64,000 nucleotides of DNA from Octopus sinensis (lineage: Eukaryota), in contig NC_043004.1 of NCBI RefSeq assembly GCF_006345805.1, positions 66,092,001 through 66,156,000 on the forward strand, written 5' to 3'. Under the pieces are notes generated by a model that saw nothing but the letters and a program-made list of their open reading frames with translations, ran no database searches and had not been told where the DNA came from. This document shows positions 13,358-26,394 of this stretch, piece by piece. The position numbers and the translations under genes are program-made. Within the stretch, counting starts at the first letter, position 1; every line of letters begins with the position of its first letter.

Positions 13358-13360
<3 letters not shown>
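12801..13360 (+). mobile_element. Inverted-arm element in (TA)n carrying a hammerhead (Penelope pLTR/retrozyme-like)
   Basis: Perfect 39-bp inverted repeat 12801-12839/13226-13264; (TA)n on both sides. Confidence 0.8.
13136..13178 (+). ncRNA. Minimal type I hammerhead ribozyme
   Basis: CCAC-CTGAAGA-tTGTC-ggagca-GACAt-GAAAC-attt-GTA-GTGG. Complete canonical core, stem I CCAC/GTGG, U.U at 10.1/11.1. Confidence 0.75.
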
Positions 13361-13407
<47 letters not shown>

Positions 13408-13621
13408 ATATAAACATATATACATACACGTATCTTTGAAAGTATTATACGTGGATATATATATATATATATGAATCTTGAGATGAAGGGCATTTAATTA
13501 TATGAAATGTAAATTGAATTTCCTCCTCAAATATCTCATATAGAGTATTCATTAGCCAGCGTGTGTGGGTGTCTCAGTAGTGTGGTGTGAAGGAGTGGAA
13601 GATCGTCAAAGAAACGGAGAG

Positions 13622-13652
<31 letters not shown>

Positions 13653-15031
13653 CCGTGTGTGAGAGATGGAGACAAGGGTAGCACGAATGTGAGTGTGTGT
13701 GTGTGTGTGTGTGTGCAAACGTAGTGTAGTGGTTGAAATGATTGTTGTTCAAAACCATACATCACAATTGATTTTAAACACAATTGATTCAAAACAACGG
13801 CTGACATTTAAACGACAAGTTCATTTAAGAGAAGCGACAGCGACAGATGTCACTGACTTCGGGAACAACAGATTTTGTCAATTAAAATTATTATTCAATT
13901 GAATATATGTCAAATAATACTACGCCTTATGCCAGTGAGATTTAATCAGTATATTAAAGGGTTGGGGAGATGTCGTTGTTTTTGAATGAAAAATCCCACT
14001 TGTTAAGATATTTCACGTATCTATTTTGGTAGTTATCGATATTAAGTTCAATTCCCACTCGAGAAAAATATTTTTGGAGTTGTTTCTTTTATTTTATCAC
14101 TGAAATGACTATATTTCAATATTTATCACATGTCGATATAATCGGACTCTATTTCTCTGAGGGATAGATGTTTAAATAAGGTCTAGACAAAAGGAAAGTA
14201 TAAAAGAATAGCGAAGAAATAGAGTGAGAATGAGAGTAAGATGTGGGAGAGAAAGAGGGAGAGAAGGAATAAGAAATAGACAAAGGAAGAGAGCTAAATA
14301 ATAGACCGATAGAATTATAAGACGAAATAAAAGAAGGGGAAATAGAGATGAAGCGAGAAATTTTCGAATGAAATGGAATGCAGAAGCACAAGTACCTGGG
14401 CCCAGAATGCTATTATTGTCTTGTAAATGACATAGCCAAAGGCTTCGCAGAACCGTATTTAAAATAACTCGCAGATCGCTAGTTAGATTATTAGTGAGAC
14501 TGACAAGCATCCAAAATGAAAGCTTATAAAAAGATGGAAACGATAATTCGTGTTATTGGCTTGCATAGAGTTGCAGGATTTACAAAATGACGATGTTACG
14601 ATGAATAATTCTAACAGCATAGATCTTAATTTTCAGATGTACCAACATGGAAATAGAATGAAAAGTTTTGCAGTTTGGTGAACAAAGACCCAAGTATAGT
14701 TGGACATTACACAGACATTGCTGCTGCATAACCAGCACTGCATACCTTTATGGGCAAGGCATCGAACCGCAATAGTCTTTTGCCATGCACCGTGCACGAT
14801 CCACTGTCACCTGACTTAATATTCTCGTCATATACCATAAGCTCACCACATAAAATCTCTAATTCACGATCCAAAGTTAATATCTTTTATTTTCTTCAAT
14901 CTCGTAACACTACCAAGTACCTCTTTCATGGACACCCACCCCATATTTCATATATATATATAACATTTACTTCGAAAAACATGCGTGGCGTTCAATCATA
15001 TAATAATATAAATAATGTATATATATCTATA

Positions 15032-15093
<62 letters not shown>

Positions 15094-15096
<3 letters not shown>

Positions 15097-16352
15097 GTTA
15101 ATAAAATAGAACATATGCATATATATAAACATATATGTACGTACCTACCTCTACATGTACATATACACGCATATATGTGTACAGGACACCAAAAAGACGT
15201 CGAACACATAGAGAGACGAAAAACATAGACACAAACCAAGGAACAAGACAAGCAAAAAAGGGATACAGGACAATAAGCACAACGAAAAATCCCCTTCTAC
15301 AGTCGCTAAGGTTTCATCTACTAAACGTTTCGAAGGATATAAAAGCGAGACGTATACTTCGAAGAAAACTTCCTTCCTACGAAAAGCAAATCAATTAAAA
15401 TTCTGAGATCTTTTCGCAGAGGGGTAAAAAAAGCAAGACGGTAACGACAGTACAAACATAGAAACAGTAAAAATATAATATTAAACAGTGGAACAGTGGA
15501 AAAATAAATATATAACAGTGAGAGACAGGACAAGGAGAACAAGATAAGAAGGGCTGTTAACGCCAGACGAAAAAAGTATTGCAAACGCTGGATTAAGTGG
15601 ACGACGAGAGAGAAAAAATGTCGACCAGTAGCCTTAGAAGGCGGGCGAGAAAAGACAGGATAGCAGTAGTTACGACGGAAGTTATCGTCGCAGATGGACG
15701 ACGGGAATGGGGGAGGAGGAGCAAGAGGAAGAGAGAGAAGAAGGGGGGGAATGGTGCGAGGAGACCATGAAGAATGGTGAATTTGAAAGGGAGAGAGAGA
15801 GCGATGAAGATGAGAGAGAGGAAGAGACAAGTTAAGTGAGGGAGAAAAAAGACGAAAAAGGGGAATGGGAGAGAAAGAAAGAAAGATGCAGAGTCGCGTG
15901 AGAGTTAATATCAGGCTAACTTGATAAACAGAACAATCTTACTTAATAGGGTGCGTGCGTTTAGTCGTATAATATGTTAATAAAATAAGAACATATGCAT
16001 ATATTAAAACATAATGTACGTACATACCTCTACATGTACATATACACGCATATATGTGTACAGGACACCAAAAAGACGTCGAACACATAGAGAGACGAAA
16101 AACATAGACACAAACCAAGGAACAGGACAAGCAAAAAAGAAAAAAAGAGATACAGGACAATAAGCACAACGAAAAATCCCCTTCTTCAGTCGCTAAGGTT
16201 TCATCTACTAAACGTTTCGAAGGATAAAAGCGAGACGTATACTTCGAAGAAAACTTCCTTCCTACGAAAAGCAAATCAATTAAAATTCTGAGATCTTTTC
16301 GCAGAGGGTGAAAAAAGCAAGACGGTAACGACAGTACAAACATATAAACAGT

Positions 16353-16360
<8 letters not shown>
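15094..16360 (-). mobile_element. Non-coding element with ~385-bp direct repeats (tandem pLTR/LTR-like) between (TA)n tracts
   Basis: 15094-15477 is near-identical to 15973-16360 (offset 879 bp). A diverged relative lies at 21855-22075 on the opposite strand. Confidence 0.8.
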
Positions 16361-16393
<33 letters not shown>

Positions 16394-16640
16394 ATATATA
16401 AATATATATAAATTATATATATATATATCTATATACATATATATATATATATATATAATAATATATATACGTATACGTACATACTTACATGTATACATAT
16501 ATCATATGCATATGTGGGCACAGGACGTCACGAAACCTAAACAATAAAATGTACGAAGTACGGAGACATGGAATATGAACATTTTTTGCAAGCAGCGAAA
16601 ACAAGACAAACTAGAAAAGCATTTCGCTTACTTTTTTATT

Positions 16641-16886
16641 TGTTTCAGGAATTTCACTGCAGCCATGCTGGAGCACCGCCTTTAGTCGAACAAATCGACC
16701 CCAGGACTTATTCCATGTAAGCCTAGTACTTATTATTCTCTTGGCGAACCGCTACGGTACGGGGACGTAAACACACCAAGCGATGGTGGTTTCACGAACA
16801 TAAACACACAAACACGCACATACGCACACACACACACACATACATACATACATACATATATATATGTATGTATATATATATAATAT

Positions 16887-16928
<42 letters not shown>

Positions 16929-17110
16929 AGATATGATATATATAATATATATAATTTATTTTTCAGTTTCCGTCTACCAAATACATTCACAAGGCTTTGG
17001 TCGGCACGAGGTTAGGAAGAAGTCACTTGCCCAAGGGGCCACAGATTGGCACTGACTCCGGAAACATGGGGCTGGTAAGCAAGCTATTTAGCATAGAGCC
17101 ATACCTGCGC
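16641..17110 (-). mobile_element. SINE family B (CORE-like, octopus OR2-like) with expanded internal microsatellite
   Basis: Reverse complement of the 44243-44658 type; internal CA/TA tract at about 16800-16955. Confidence 0.85.
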
Positions 17111-17112
17111 CC

Positions 17113-17143
<31 letters not shown>

Positions 17144-17214
17144 TATACTATATTCATATATATATATATATATTATATATATAATATATATATATAATAC
17201 ATATATAATACAAG

Positions 17215-17311
<97 letters not shown>

Positions 17312-17470
17312 GTATAAATATATATGAATATGCAGAAATAGGCATATGTATAAATATAATATTCTCGTGTACTTGAATGTGTGTATATGTGTATACACAC
17401 ATACACATACACGCACACACACTCAGACACGCACACCGGCTCATACACGCACACACATATGTATAGAGAA
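17113..17470. repeat. (TA)n/(CA)n microsatellite
   Basis: Direct reading. Confidence 0.95.
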
Positions 17471-17624
17471 TCACATGTACATAGTGCAGGAACATGTAAC
17501 TATTCTTTGCTGTCTGTGAGATCTACAGCGGCATTTTTTCTCATTTACCATTGCGTTAGAAACATGAAACCGTACTAATAATATTGTAACGTAAAAAGAT
17601 GAATGGAAAAACAGACAACAGTAT

Positions 17625-17626
<2 letters not shown>

Positions 17627-17670
<44 letters not shown>

Positions 17671-18186
17671 TGCTACAATAACAACAAGAACAGCAATGTC
17701 AACAGCAACAACAACAATAACTACAGTAAAAATAATCATGGAAATGATGATAGTGATGATGAAGATGAGGATGATGATGGTGATTGTGATGGTGACGACA
17801 ACGACGATGATGATCGCGCTGATGATGTTGATGATGATGATGATGATTATGATGGTGATGAGGATGATGATGATGAAAAGGACGTTGCTGATGACGTTCC
17901 CGATGATAGTGCTGGAGATAATGATGGTGATGATGATGATGATGTTTATGGTGATGATGATCTTAGTGGTGATGGTGATAGTGATCACAATGTCGACGAT
18001 GGTGGTGATGATGATGATGATGACGATGATGATGATAGTGATGGAATTGATGATGATGAGGATGATATAGATGGTCATGATGAGACGATGATGATGATAA
18101 CGCTGATGATGTTGATAATGATGACAGTGATGTTGACGACGACGACGTCGATGATGATGATGCCGCTGCTGCTGCTGCTGAGCTGG

Positions 18187-18252
<66 letters not shown>
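17627..18252. repeat. (AAT)n then degenerate (GAT)n trinucleotide tract
   Basis: Direct reading; produces poly-N/M/I/H ORFs. Confidence 0.95.
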
Positions 18253-18659
18253 AAAGAGGAGAAATAAATAACAGTAAGAAATGAATGAAAATAAAAATAT
18301 ATAATTAACAACATTTCTGAAACAAAAGATCTTCGATGACTGTAGGAAGGTAGAAAGATAACAAAAATACATAAATAAATAAATATAAAGGACAAAAAGA
18401 AGAAATTATAAAACAAATAAAATAAAATAAGCGAATGAATGAATGAATGAAAGAAAGAAGAAACGAAGAAATGATTGAATAATAACTAGAGTTTCCTGAT
18501 TGTACATTAAACACAATGTTATTTCGTAAAACACGAATCAATATGAAGCAAAGCAAAAGACATCATTGTAGCGTTTGATAAAGACTCGTATCCTCCAGTA
18601 ATATGCGTTAGTGTTCTAGTTTTGCTTGTGTCATAGTTTGATTGATTTTTAAATTACAG

Positions 18660-18790
18660 CAGAAAAGAAAAACACATATTTGATTATTACGAGCGTGGCC
18701 TCAGACGGCAATGTACGGAATAACACCCCCAGCACCTACACCATATCAAGTAGCATCAGAGTGAGCTGTAACATCAACGGTAGTAGTAGT

Positions 18791-18840
<50 letters not shown>

Positions 18841-18841
18841 T

Positions 18842-18879
<38 letters not shown>

Positions 18880-18953
18880 ACAGCAGCAGCACTAGAAACA
18901 ATACGATCACCACCGGCAGCCTCATTCGTCCAGATGACGAAGTGTATCTATGA
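18660..18953 (+). CDS. Candidate terminal coding exon with poly-Ser tract (needs one 1-nt correction)
   Basis: Acceptor ttttaaattacag|cag. Frame EKKNTYLIITSVASDGNVRNNTPSTYTISSSIRVSCNINGS(n), extra T at 18842, then S(n)DSSSTRNNTITTGSLIRPDDEVYL*. AATAAA at 18985-18990. No homology recognised. Confidence 0.25.
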
Positions 18954-19039
18954 AGCAAAACGGATCAGATGAAGATGAATTGATAATAAATGAGATAAAG
19001 TCAGCTTATAAAAGATAAATGATTTCTACAAATTAGTTA

Positions 19040-19456
19040 CGTCATACACATACACGCACACATACATAAATTCTCACGTACATATATATGTGTATGTATA
19101 CATATTTTATATATATATATATATATATATAATGGTGTGTGTGTGTGTGTGTGTATGTGTGTGTGTGTGTTGTATATGCATATATATAAGTGTGTGTGTG
19201 TGTATGTATATGTATATGTATGTATATATATATATGGACACAGGCACACATAGAAATTCACACAAATATATGTGTATGTATATTATATATATATATATAT
19301 ATATATTATATGTGTGTGTGTGTGTGTGTGTATGTGTGTGTGTGTGTGTGTATATATGCATATATATATAAGTGTGTGTGTGTGTATGTATATGTATATT
19401 ATGTATATATATATATGACACAGGCACACATAGAAATTCACACATATATATATGTG

Positions 19457-19495
<39 letters not shown>

Positions 19496-19505
19496 ACATA
19501 TATAA
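19040..19505. repeat. Compound TA/TG microsatellite with 180-bp higher-order duplication
   Basis: gacacaggcacacatagaaattcacac occurs at 19237 and 19417. Confidence 0.9.
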
Positions 19506-19789
19506 TCCAATGGAAATTTAATCAGACGAATCAATTCCGAAGATACACGGATGGATGATACACAACTGTGAGTCTGAGACGAAGAAACTTAATTACGCAA
19601 GCTATTATTAGAAATTGTTGTTAGTTTCTTTGCTTTCTCGTTCATTCAACCGAAACATGGCGAATGTTTATTGCAATCACGAATGCTATTAGTGAAAGAT
19701 GCTGAGTGATTGCACGGACACACTTTCGATTCCCCTCTGAGGCTGTTGCATTATAGATACGTAATTCTACCACTTAAACGGTCACTGCC

Positions 19790-20010
19790 TATCGATTAGA
19801 TGGTAATCGACATACTAGAAATAGTAGCCCTACCTCCCTCAAACACAGCCTAATATCCTAAGCACACAGCGAATATGATTGGAGGATATACTTATACTTG
19901 TTGTATGTCAGTCGAGTCACAATATTATTGCGGCTATAAAATACTATTTAATCATAAGTTTGATTAACCAGCGTAGAACTGCTTCTCAGCACTAACATCA
20001 CCAATAAACA
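19790..20010 (-). mobile_element. Old interspersed repeat family F, degenerate
   Basis: Minus-strand gagggaggtagggctactatttctag resembles segments of 25195-25460 and 62408-62625. Confidence 0.45.
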
Positions 20011-20677
20011 CTAACAATCAACCCCAAACAACTACAACTTACATTACAATATTTTGAGAAAAGTATTGAGTTTTATTGACTGTAGATTTTGATGTAGTGG
20101 AGTGATGCGGTTTTCCGCTCGATTAAAGGAAAATATTTCCGATACTTTCTTCCGTTTTTGCTGATAGAATCTCACGATCAGAACTGCTGACAAATGTGAT
20201 AACATGTAATTAAAAAAAACATTATAATATGATTTGAGATCTGAATTCCGACCTCATGGATATAACCGTAATGACATAAAGTAACTCCTCATATTGCTTA
20301 ACAGCTCTGACAACTACACTATCTGGATTGCTTCTTGTTTTATCGAGCCCTATTTAATAAATGCTAAGTTAAAATCGTCGAATTTAGAAACCAGTGCGTT
20401 GAATGAATTGGGAAAGCTATTTCGAAAATAATTCTATCTTAGCCACTTTGCTGCATAAATCAGATACCGTAAATGGGCTATTTTATGACCAATGAAATGA
20501 AATACATTCGTTTGAAATTTTGAAGCAGACCATCATGTTCGGTTAAGGTACTCAGTTTGTATTCACGTTATCGACGACGACTGGCAAAGATTGAATTTAA
20601 CTCGGAACGTAAAAATGGACGAAAAGCCTCCCTAGCATTTTGCCCAGCATGTTCACTAATTTAATGAATTTAAATAT

Positions 20678-21074
20678 TCTTTTCTACTCTAGGCTCAAGG
20701 CCCGAAATTTTGTGGGAGGGGGCCGTTCGATTAGATCGACCCCAGTACGCAACTGGTAGCTAATTTATTAACCTCGAAAGGATGAAAGCAAAGTCGACCA
20801 CGGGGAATTTTGAACTCAGAACGTAGAGGCAGACGAAATGCCTATTTCTTTACTACCCACAAGGGGCTAAACACAGAGGAGACAAACAAGGACAGACAGA
20901 CGGATTAAGTCGATTATATCGACCCCAGTGCGTAACTGGTACTTATTCAATCGTCTCAGAAAGGATGAAAGGCAAAGTCGACCTCGACAGAATTTGATCT
21001 CAGGACGTAGCGGCAGACGGAATGCCGCTAAGCATTTCGCCCGGCGTGCTAACGTTTCTGCCAGCTCGCAACCC
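20678..21074 (-). mobile_element. SINE family A dimer with 17-bp imperfect TSD
   Basis: Head, one 183-type unit and terminal unit. ttaatgaatttaaatat (20661-20677) versus ttaatgaaattagatat (21075-21091). Confidence 0.88.
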
Positions 21075-21854
21075 TTAATGAAATTAGATATGCTAAATAA
21101 AAGATAGAGCTGACTCTTTGAACAGTGTTCTCGGCTTCAGGTGAATGACAGAAATTTCATATTCCACTCATTTACACATCACTGTCTCCTTAAGGGTTAT
21201 ACAAAATTCCCATAGGGGACACTCCACAGATACAAGTCTGCCATTGACACCTTGCTTCTAAACATTTGATGCATTGCAATTTCATTTCATATTAAATTTT
21301 AATAAATTAATGTTTCGACGTGCCCCACCCTCTTTCAATTCTTAGTTATTTATATAACGATGGCCTTCTTCAAAGGGAGTGGAGTTTTCATTAATCAAAA
21401 TCTTATTTTCTACATCAAGTGTGTGAGTGTTTACTTCATCATTATTTCCAATATACGCAAATGAATCCGATAAAAATAACTGCCAAATCTCCCTCAACAT
21501 GGACCCTACAAAGGGTAATGGTGATAATCGAAATTCTATTGACCATAATTCTGCTCTTTCAGATTCTTGCCGAGGCTTAAAAGCACCACAAAGAGATACG
21601 AATTGCACTAAAAAAGTCTAAATAGTCATTATAACATGCTAGATAGAAATAGTAAGATCCTCTTCAATCACACAACACGTTCTTCAACAAAGAAAGGATG
21701 GAATAGAAATTCCAGTCGGAATCATCAACCAGAAAGGTCAGGATGGGTCCTTCCGAATACGTTTAATCCTGGAAACACACGCATACACGCACACGTATGT
21801 GTGTGTGCGCGCGCGCGTATATATATATATATACGTGGAGTAAGCGAAACAGGG

Positions 21855-22075
21855 ACAACTGAAGAAGGGGAATATTCCTGGTGTTGTACGTCTTGTACTC
21901 TGTTTTTTCGTTGTTTGAAAAAAGTTCGTTTCCATGTTTTTGTTTTTATGTATTCGTTTCTCATTGTGTTCAACGTTTTTTTTATTTCCTGTACCTATAT
22001 ATGCATGTATATATACATATAGATGTAGGTATGTACATATATGAATGTATGCATATATTCATATGTTATTTATAT
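21855..22075 (+). mobile_element. Diverged fragment related to the 15094-16360 direct-repeat unit
   Basis: actgaagaaggggaa...tgtgttcaacgttttttt..tcctgtac..gtaggtatgtacatatatg parallels the minus strand of 15120-15305. Confidence 0.65.
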
Positions 22076-22611
22076 TATATATATACACAACGAGAATATT
22101 TCAAGTGTTTTCTTATACACAGATTTAAATGCACGAGTTAGTTTCACCGTGTGTTCATACATTAAGTAAATCTGTATATTACTTCTCTATACTATTCTCG
22201 GATCCATTTGATCCTCTTTCATTTTTCTCATTGTAGTGGATGTGGTTGTGGACTTGTAGAGGGTCAAGGTGGGGCAGTTCCCTTTCATGTGACCATCCAG
22301 GTTCCTATGCAGAGAAGGGTTTGTGCCAGTGGATGACTTTTCAACTCCGGGCCGGCTCTCTCCTGGGGGACGCGCTATCAGATTAACCATAGGACAAGCT
22401 ATTTGGTGTTCTGTCGTAGTTTGTCTTTTGGTTTCGTAAGACATATCTGTGCTACATGAATATTATAAATATTGAGCTCTGTATCATGGAAGATAGAAAG
22501 ACGGTTGTTGTCTCCGCTACTATTGTCAACTCCGCCATTTATACCGTTACAGTTACTTTAATCTTGCTATTACAGCATTGCTCATCGTTAGTTACCACCT
22601 CGTTAGGTACC

Positions 22612-22760
22612 ACATGAGTGTTTTGTCCATGATCCTTAAACAACCCTTATTCAAGGAACTTTTGAGCGAGATGGGCTACTCGACCCGAGGGAAATTCTAA
22701 CTGGGCTCCATCTGGAAGGTCATGCGCTGTTTATCTTGATATAATATCACTAGGTCTTGA
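22612..22760 (+). mobile_element. Fragment of interspersed repeat family E
   Basis: atccttaaacaacccttattca...ttctaactggg...tgctgtttatcttgatat matches 48398-48475. Confidence 0.75.
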
Positions 22761-24015
22761 TCTGTATCGTTGTGGCTAACCTTTGTAGCAATGGTGACAG
22801 TATAACTGTTATTTAGTTAAGTCTGCCATCTTTGCTCCTACTACTCTTTGGTATTATTGAATATTTAGTTTCAACATTTGTCTTGTACTTGAGATAGTCA
22901 TTAATATGTGAGGGTTGGAGTAGACAGTCGAAGGAAGAGAATCAGTGAATAGACCAAATTCCACAGGTCTGTAAATAGGTTCCGCAAATGGTGAGAAAAA
23001 GATCGACAATGGGCCTTGGCATTCGTATGCGATCAGGAGACAAAAGAAGCGTCACACCCTTGGAATCAGTAGAGTTCAGAAGTGTTTACTACTACTAGCG
23101 ATCAATGAGAGCGCTGAGCTTCGCCATGGAACGAACCAATTCACCTTGCTCTATTTTTAATTACTGATAGAAAAGGTAACAATATATATATATATATACC
23201 GATGTTTACATAGTCGAATTTCTGAATATTTGAAATCTTGTTTGAATCGTTTTGATTTTTTCTTTTCTTTTTATTAGTTTGTATAGTTTCTGTAGTTTGT
23301 ATATATTGGGAGGTGCTTACTTCTTAATTTTTATCATGCGATTCATTTTGTTGTTGCAATAAAAGGTTTGTTTACATGATCGAGTAGTTATGGAGAAAAG
23401 AAACGCAACAATTTCACAGAAAATTGTAGATATTAAAGTTTTAAAATTTTCTAAAGATGATCGTTTTTATGTCCAAACAGAGAAAATAGCAGCGTTCTTA
23501 CAATAAAAATGATGTTTACATTTTCGAATACTCAGGGAGAAAGGAAAAGATAGGTATTCATAGAATATGATGATCGTTTATGTGTTTGAAAACTGCAGAT
23601 ATTAAGTTTCTAAACTTATTTTGTTGGAAATTTTAAATACTCACAGGAAATTGTTGATATTCCTGTTTTTGAGATTTGTTTTTCAGTTGTATTGCTGGGT
23701 TGTATTAGTGTTTCTTTGCTTTCGGCTACTGACTGGCCAAACTATTTTACCAATGTGAGGTAAAATGCTGTAATACCGAACGATGGAATTTAAACAGTGG
23801 ATCACCTAATTTCTTCGCTTAACTTTTTTAATTTTCCTTTTACTCTTTTTTCTGTCTTTCTTCCCCCTTTTTTCTCTATCACATAACGTTGCAAATAAAA
23901 AATACTGTGTGTTTATTTTAATGGCTTACTAATATATACAGTACGTTTCTCTGCCCTATGTATCAGGAAGGCACTCGGCAAGAAGTGGAAACAACTGAAA
24001 GAAGATGCTAATGAA

Positions 24016-24046
<31 letters not shown>

Positions 24047-24069
24047 TAGTAATAATAATAGGGTGAATG

Positions 24070-24465
24070 TGATAGTCGATTACATCGATGCCAGTATTAT
24101 ACTGGTACTCATTCCATCGACCCTGATAGGATGAAAAGCAAAGTCAACCTCAGCGGAATTCGAACTCAGAAGGTGAAGATGGACTAAATGTCGCTATGCA
24201 TTTCACCCGGCATACTAATTCGTGGAGGTGGATGTTAGTCGATTGAATCTGTCTCAAATACATTACAAGTACTTATTTTATCGACCGTTAGAAAATGATA
24301 GACAAAATTTACCGCGCCGGAATTTGAACTTAGAATTTTGCTGAGGTGAACTTTGCTTTTCATCCTTGAAATAATTGCCACATGAGCGCTGGGGTGGTTG
24401 CCATCGGCTAGCCCCCTTCCAACCCCAAAATTTCAGGCCTTGTGCCTATAGTAGAAAGAATGATT
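24070..24465. mobile_element. Composite of SINE family A pieces (two minus, one plus)
   Basis: Minus-strand pieces at about 24072-24220 and 24222-24335, then plus-strand gaggtgaactttgcttttcatcc...gccttgtgcctatagtagaaag. Confidence 0.7.
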
Positions 24466-24487
24466 TTTCTAATCATTTGTCGAAATG

Positions 24488-24725
24488 TTAGTGGTTAGAG
24501 GGCTCCATTGATGATCGGAAGATTGCGGTTTCGATTCATGTTCGACACAATGCGATATATCCTCGAACAAAGTACCAAAGCTCATGCTCCCTGAGCCCGC
24601 TCAACAGGCAAATTGAATAATCCGGCGACGAGCAGGTCTACTACCTAGTGGTTGTGAGGTTCATAGAAGCCTGAAAATCCGGGGAAACAGCATCCTGTGT
24701 CTATGGCTCGGAAGGACATTTGATC
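24488..24725 (+). mobile_element. Degenerate tRNA-derived SINE (family C/D-like head)
   Basis: tagtggttagag...gatcggaagattgcggtttcgattc, with A and B box remnants. Confidence 0.5.
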
Positions 24726-25194
24726 CTTTTTCACTTGTTTTAGTAAAAGTAATATTAGTAGTAATTATATCAAAGCAGCAGCAGTAGTGGTAGCAGCAGC
24801 AGTAGTAGTATTGTTAGTAGTTCGAATGACATCAGCTAGTTTATCGATCATATATTTCGTGTCTGGCATTTGAATAGAAATCAATTCTGCACCAGTCCAT
24901 TGTAATATATTTGCATAATTGATTCAATAATAGAAGATTTAATTAAAATTTTAAAATAGAAAGACAGAGAGATTGAGAGAGAAAGACAAAGAAAAGGAGC
25001 GATATTTAAAAAAAATGTTATTTATATAAAAGAAAGAAAGAAATCATACTACAGGAACACATTGTTCTATCCGTTCTTTGTCATTTTAATTACGACATCA
25101 ACAATTTTATCTTGTTTTAAAAAGAAGCAGAAATCGTCGACTATGAACTTTGAAAACATGAACAATAAACAAAACTGGTTATTGTTGTACTGCT

Positions 25195-25460
25195 GTTGTT
25201 GTACAACATCGGGTCAGCTCTTGATCGAGCAGACCAATGATTAAAGACAACCAAACCTTGACCATCCTGCATCATTTGTTTTTGATCAAATTTTTTATTA
25301 TTTTCTTTTCAACATTGTGTATCTAAGACTGCATTATCTCGGCTGTAGTGGACACACGAATCTTAGTGATCTGATTCTAATTTGGAGTGGCGACGGTGCG
25401 ATATCAGAAAGATTTGTCCGCTATTTTGCCAGGTCTGACGATGGCAAAGAGGCTCCATAA
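25195..25460 (+). mobile_element. Interspersed repeat family F
   Basis: ggtcagctcttgatcgagcagaccaatgattaaagacaacc aligns by eye with 62430-62480. Confidence 0.55.
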
Positions 25461-25504
25461 GTTATTCCAAACTTTACAGGTATTGTTTAGGAGTCCATTA
25501 TTCT

Positions 25505-25581
25505 ATACATACATGCATACATACATACATACATACATCCATACATACATACATACATACATACATACATACATACATACA

Positions 25582-25615
<34 letters not shown>

Positions 25616-25660
25616 CAGGTACATATTTTTATGTATATATATATATACATGTATATACAT
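25505..25660. repeat. (ACAT)n microsatellite
   Basis: Direct reading. Confidence 0.95.
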
Positions 25661-25946
25661 AAAAAGAATTCTTCTTCTCTAAACCCCAAAAACCATTTGA
25701 CCTTCCCTCATTAAACACACACACACACACACACTCTCACAATGATAAAGAGAAATATAATTTATGGTCTACCTCCCCGCCAACACACACTCAATAACAC
25801 TATGAAATGGTCAAAACTGAAATTCTTTTTCCCTTTGGAGTAAGCATGCTGTCCAGCAGAGCAAATAAAATTATTTTCTTCTTCTTTCCTCTCCCTTCCC
25901 CTCTTTTTCTTTAGCACTCATTCCAAATACAAAAGAACACACACGC

Positions 25947-25993
<47 letters not shown>

Positions 25994-26394
25994 CTCCTCA
26001 TCCATCACCCTCTTGTACTGTCTTATATTCCTCCCCAACACTACAAACTCAATACCACTATAAAATGGTCAAAACTTTTCACACAGGAATTTGGTTCGGT
26101 TTGAAAACCCCACTAGAATGGGGGAAAGCGGTGATACATGATCTAAGTTAAATGATAAATAAAAAAAATGTAATATACAAATAAATATATGTATATATAA
26201 ACCATCCGATTTTCTAAATACCTCATTTCTTCTTATATAAAATACCTGTACATCATCTCCATACCTTCCACACTACACACGCGCGCACATATATATGTAT
26301 ATATACATAGATGAGGTGGACATCAAAAAAATTAAGGCAGAACGAATATCTCAAATCATTTATGTTAATCAAATTAGGGTGAAGTTAATTTGAA

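Noticed and set aside
21738-21768. Possible minus-strand terminal exon after gtgtttccag| (IKRIRKDPS* or LNVFGRTHPDLSG*)
   Set aside because: Too short, the acceptor derives from a microsatellite edge, and no upstream exon or homology is visible.
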